Source of the DNA: the human T2T-CHM13v2.0 reference genome, Homo sapiens
Strand: one strand, 5' to 3'
NCBI RefSeq assembly: GCF_009914755.1
Contig: NC_060932.1
DNA length: 64,000 nucleotides
The first letter of the stretch is position 1; every line of letters begins with the position of its first letter. Under the pieces are notes generated by a model that saw nothing but the letters and a program-made list of their open reading frames with translations, was not told where the DNA came from and did no database searches. Positions 58,906 to 64,000 of the stretch are shown piece by piece. Position numbers and translations under genes: made by a program.

Positions 58906-59751
58906 TTCTGTATGTTATCCATCTGCTTATCTAGAAATAATGATTATTAGACTAACATTGTAATTATGTAGATGTATTTTAAAAAAATAGCAACCTTTCC
59001 CTGAGGATTTGGGACTTCAAATACTCTGTGGTAAGGAATAAAACACAAACAATAAACGTATTCAGCTAACATTCAAGCAGATTTTTCCTTCAACTATGGT
59101 GCAAAATTAGGAATGGAAAGTTATCAAAACCTAGAGTCTGTTTAATGTCACAGATAATAGGCAGAGTGCCCCCTTTGCAGAAGGAAGCGCCAGTTCTTAG
59201 TTACTTTTTCTCAGCTACAATTCTTTCAATATTATTGTCTATAAAATCATTAATAAATTTATTATAGGTAAAGGCTTTCTTTGGATTTGTATTTGATGGA
59301 ATGATATATTAATGGTGAAAATTTACAGTTCTTATTCTGTGCCAAGCACATTGCTAAATGCATTGCTCCTTGGAATTTGGTGCTGATGAAAGTTCTGTGG
59401 TCAAAATTCATTCTTCTAATTGATTTTTAACACAGCAAAGATTTCTGTGAAAATCTGTCAGGTAAGAAACATTTAAATTTAAAATATATATAACCATAAC
59501 TTTTTCTTTCCACATTTGTAAATCAAAAGGGAATAAAAGAAACAGATTAAATTTAAGAGTGAATTTATTAATATAAAATAGCATATTGAAATGCACACAA
59601 ACCAATTAATTTGCTAACATATTTCTCTTCTTAAAGTGCAATTATTTCCAAAACATTTATATCCTTATATTTATTACTTAGCTGATTATGTATAATATTT
59701 GTAAATATTGGAAAATGCTTTAAACAATATATTTAAATACCTCTCCACCTA

Positions 59752-59995
59752 ACTACTCCTCCTCAAAGTGTGCTTTTTTCGATCAGCAATATCAATATCT
59801 TCAGGACGTTTATTAGAAATACAGACTCTCTTAGCTTTGTGCCGTGGCAGTAACCTAGTCAATGAGGTTTCTCCAAGGCGCAGGTATTGCTAATTGAGAA
59901 AAAATAAGAAATACAGACTCTCGAGCCCCACCCAAACACATTGAACCAAAACTAGCATTTTATCAAAACCCCATCTGATTCATACATATATTCAA
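59752..59995. mobile_element. MER5A-like element interrupted by U4 retrocopy
   Basis: CTCAAAGTGTG...ATCAGCA...TTAGAAATACAGACTCTC[U4]GAGCCCCACCC...GCATTTTATCAAAACCCC...TGATTCATA. Confidence 0.7.
59833..59897 (+). pseudogene. U4 snRNA retropseudogene, nt 1-65 only
   Basis: AGCTTTGTGCCGTGGCAGTAACCTAGTCAATGAGGTTTCTCCAAGGCGCAGGTATTGCTAATTGA matches U4 5' domain (about 10 mismatches); 16-bp TSD AGAAATACAGACTCTC at 59815-59830 and 59907-59922. Confidence 0.93.
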
Positions 59996-62321
59996 TGAGT
60001 TCTATATGCTTCTTAAAATTTAATTTAAGTGATTTAGACATAGACTGTTATCATCATAAGGGAGAGAGAGGAATTATCATATAGGTGCTGATATTTAAAA
60101 TATGTAACAAAAGTATTAAAGTTCTCTTTAAATCTGCATATTACTTTTACCATTTTTTAATTGCCTTACGTTACCAATTTGCACTTGGAAATTGCCAGAA
60201 TATATTTGAAATTACATGTTACAGTAGGATATTTAAAATTATTATATGCATTATTAAAAAGAGAATGAATGAAAGAAAAATTGACCCAAATGTAGATAGC
60301 ACTCATTTGTGCTTAAAATTTGTTATACCACTAGGGGGTGCTAATGCCTTTGATTTGCAATTTCAAAAAATTAAATCTAGATACAATTAAGTTTTTGAAA
60401 AGAAATGAATATGAGTAACATATAAGTAAACCCCACACAAGAAAAAAATGATGTAGGCTATTAAAATGAAAACTTGGATTGTAAAATAAACGTGGTATAC
60501 AATATGTTTTTATGTAAAGACAATAATTCTAAAAACCTTACTTTTGTATTTCTGCTTAAAAAAAAACTTTCTGTGAAATTTAAAGAAAATATTTAGCATA
60601 CAAACACGAAAAAAAAAATGCTGAAATGTGAACAGTGGCTCTCTCATGAGACTAACATTATAAGAGATTGTTGTCCTCTTCTGTGTACTTATGTGTATTT
60701 TCCATTTCATTTTCCACCATAGTCTTGGGGGATTTCATTTATAATAAGTTAAAAAAAAACTTTAAAAAAGAAGGAGGCAAGGAGTAGGTAAAAAAATAAA
60801 GGAAGGAAGAAGGAAAGGAACGAAGCGAGAGAAGGAAAGGAATAGGCACTCACTTGCCAAGATTTTTGGGGCTAATACATTTTACTATAGACTTAAAAAT
60901 GATTTTAAAATATTAGGGTACAAGAAACATGGAATTTGATGTCTTGTGAATAGGATTAAATAATATTTATGATGCCAAGATACACTCTAAACCTCCTTTC
61001 TTCATGTAGTTCATAATGAGGCTATAAGGAAAGTAACATGACTTCATTTCTGTTTCCTGCTTAAATCAGTCTAACATCAGACATTATTTCAGTAGGAACT
61101 TCTTATTGATTGAAACTGAGCCTAAACTACTACAAATGTGTTCCTCTGGCAAAATACACAAATTCTTTTAGATCAGGAGGGTACCATTGATGGGGTTGCC
61201 TTGTTATATATAGAACAGCCTTGGTGGCCCATAGAGATGGGTTTCTTAAGAAGATTCATTAATATGCTTATAAGCAATTGAGGCCAGGGAGATAAAAACC
61301 AATTACAGCAAAATATTTAGTGAAAGATATCTATAGTTCATTGCAGATTAAATACTATATATATATATATTTCAATATTGATCTATATTCTGAGGAAATT
61401 AACTGGTAGTTAGCAGGTTTTCTCTTCATTTGCCATTATTTTGCCACTAGTACATAACACATACTTGAATGCAACTAGTATATGTGAATTTCAAACAGTT
61501 CCATTTCTAATCAAAATGTGGTCTATTACACTTGTAATTATGGCAAAAACTTTGCTGAAAAGGAAACAATACTATATTGTTTAAGAGTTAAAAGTAAACA
61601 ATGACAATTCCTAGCCATACTCCTTTTGCTTTCCAATTTGGAGAATTTACAAGTATCAATCCTCGGCGATTTAGCATGCAAAATAAATAAGGCTCAACAC
61701 AGCACAACTTATCCAAAATTGAGTAGAAAATAATTTTTCATATTTTCCAAATGAGAATTAAGGAGTGACACCTACTTAAATGGTTGCTGTTTTAGACTCT
61801 GTCCCTCTGAGTTCTTGTCCTTGTAAAGTTTTGAAAATTTTTTTTTAATGGCCACAGTTGTGCACAATGCCCTGATACTCCCAGGTACAGAAACTGCTTT
61901 TCCTCGGTTCATCTTGACATAAGTGAGAGAAGTCGATATTTCTAAAAGACCTTTATCAAATTCTATAGAAGCACAAAATGAAAATAATTGATGGAGCAGA
62001 ATTTAAAAATTTGCTTTTCTAAAGCACTTTCATTCTTTAAAATGCAGATAGAAACACCAAACAGGTACTTTTAGACCTAACTTAATTTTTCTTATTGTGA
62101 TATAAAGAAACATTAATTCCAAAGGATTTCATCCTCCTTTAGATTTGGCCCTCTTGGCTTTGCTGCTCCCCAGACAATACCTGTCTCTTGGCCAACTAAA
62201 CCTTGACTACTATTTTGTCCTTTATTGCTTTAAGGAACTAGTCTGATGGTTTATCTTACCCCTGTAGAGAAAACCTGCAAAGTAAACTTTGTATTTCTTT
62301 TTATTTAAATGTTCCCTACCT

Positions 62322-62405
62322 TCCTATTCCAAGTGCGCTCTGCAGATCAGCAGTATCAGTAGCACCTGGGAGCTTGCTAAATCTGCACACTTTCATCCCA
62401 TCACC
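62322..62405. mobile_element. MER5 fragment
   Basis: CCAAGTG...GATCAGCAGTATCAGTAGCACCTGGGAGCTTGCTAAA. Confidence 0.6.
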
Positions 62406-63710
62406 ATTTGTGGTCCAAAGGCTATGCCTAGCTGCAAGTGCCTTCTAAGGGAGGGTAACAGAATGCATGAATTTTAGACTAAGGATGCCAAATGTATGGC
62501 ATATGTGCGGCTACTTTCTTATACTGCAAACTATAGTTTTAACAGTCATCGTTAAATGAGAATGTCACTTTTCTTTCTTGATCTCAGACTGCCTGAAACA
62601 CATTCTCAACTTAGCACTCTGAGTAATCTCTACTCTAGATTCAGATTAAATCTATTCATTATACCTTATCTAAGCCATCCGGGCTCAGGTTATCAATTTT
62701 GTTCACTCTTAAAGAAACCTAAGACAAATGAATTACTTTATAAAAGGCTGCTCATAGGGGTATTACAATGCAAATTCATAGTAAGGACAGAAACAGAATA
62801 AACATAATGAGTAATAAAGTATACATATATATAGTAAATGAGAGAATTATTCATTCGCAGAACCATAAAGATGATTTTGGACAAAATCTCTGCAGAACAA
62901 GAGCATTTCTCTTCTTAAATAGAGGAACAGAATGTCAGAGCTTTAAGGGGTATACATTTTTAAAGCCCTGTCTTTTAAATATATAAAAAGAAAAGAAGAT
63001 GAAGTGAAAGGGGCAGGGGTGAAGGAGATGGGGAGGAAGAGAGGAGTAAAAGAAGAAGAAAAGGAAAGGAGACCTAAAATGCTTATTTAATGTGTTAGTA
63101 GTTATAGTTGTTTATATTATACTAATCTTTAATCATTAGATTTGGGTTTTTTAACTTAATTGGAAGTCATTTAAAAACCCAGGAAACTTTATAGTGAATG
63201 CTCTCAGTACAATGATAACATTACACTTATGGCCCCTATCAGGTTGATCCAAGTCCAAAGTGTGTTCTAGCTGTAACAAGTAGATTGCAGTAGAGGACGG
63301 AGGTCATAAGACTGTTAAGTGGTAGAAAATTCTAGTTGTTAGCTTCTGTCTACAAGTATAATCAATGCCTATTACTAATCATAAGGAGATAGGAGATAAG
63401 CTCAATTACTTCTGAGAAAATGAGAAAGTAAAGAATTTGTACCAAAGTTATTAACTTAGTATGAAGTATAATATTCTCCAGAGAGATAGCTCTTCTTGTG
63501 AACAGTGAAAAGATGCTGATTTTCTCATGATGGCAGTTCCCTATACCCTAGGATTTGACTTTGTTGAGATCAGAAAGGAAATCTTTTTCTACTTTAATTC
63601 CCAGTGTCTAGAACATGCCTGGAACCCATCATGGTAGATTACTCAAGGTTCAGTATGGAAAATCCCCTAGCTATTTCAAGTACAGGGTGATTTAATACAG
63701 GAATTAAGTG

Positions 63711-64000
63711 TGTGGTGGAAGAAAAAGTCTTCCTCAAATCTCTTAGGGGTGTTGGCTACGTCTGAAAGGAAAACTGACAGAGACAGATTAACAAGAGAAA
63801 TGCATATACATTTATTTAATAAGTGTTATGGGACACGAGGGCCTTCATAATAAGACCCAAAGAAACTGGTAAACTTGCGTATTTCTTATGCAAGTTTTGA
63901 TGAAATGGCGAAGTGGATGTAGTTGTGGAGAAGTATGATTGGATAAAAAAATATAATCTAATGGTCATAAATTTGGGAGAACTTAGCAAGGCCTATTTGT
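63711..64000 (-). mobile_element. ERV1-class LTR (MER39/MER34 group), runs off window end
   Basis: AGACAGATTAACAAGAGAAA...TTTATTTAATAAG...AAGACCCAAAGA...AGCAAGGCCTATTTGT. Confidence 0.65.

Overview
AT-rich, repeat-dense primate (human-like) genomic DNA lying inside one + strand gene that I recognise as C8orf34. Two coding exons (4502-4674 and 15695-15861) splice in frame to give [16 protein letters not shown]...DDAMELL. The rest is intron, filled with Alu, L1, L2, MIR, MaLR/ERV LTRs, Tigger, MER and MADE1 elements, plus an antisense RPS15A retrocopy with an open full-length ORF and a 3'-truncated U4 snRNA retrocopy. The best candidate for something overlooked is a 9-nt, frame-preserving microexon at 40276-40284, with upstream UGC motifs (SRRM3/4 type), a perfect CAG/GTAAGT donor and a downstream RBFOX TGCATG. 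Other items: two possible early-terminating C8orf34 isoforms, a perfect 19-bp hairpin, an atypical L1 insertion whose empty site survives in a local duplication, and a motif-dense GC-rich island. Most ORFs in the supplied track are Alu/L1-derived or chance. Gene and repeat names come from my recall of the sequences, not from database searches, and boundaries of old repeats are approximate.
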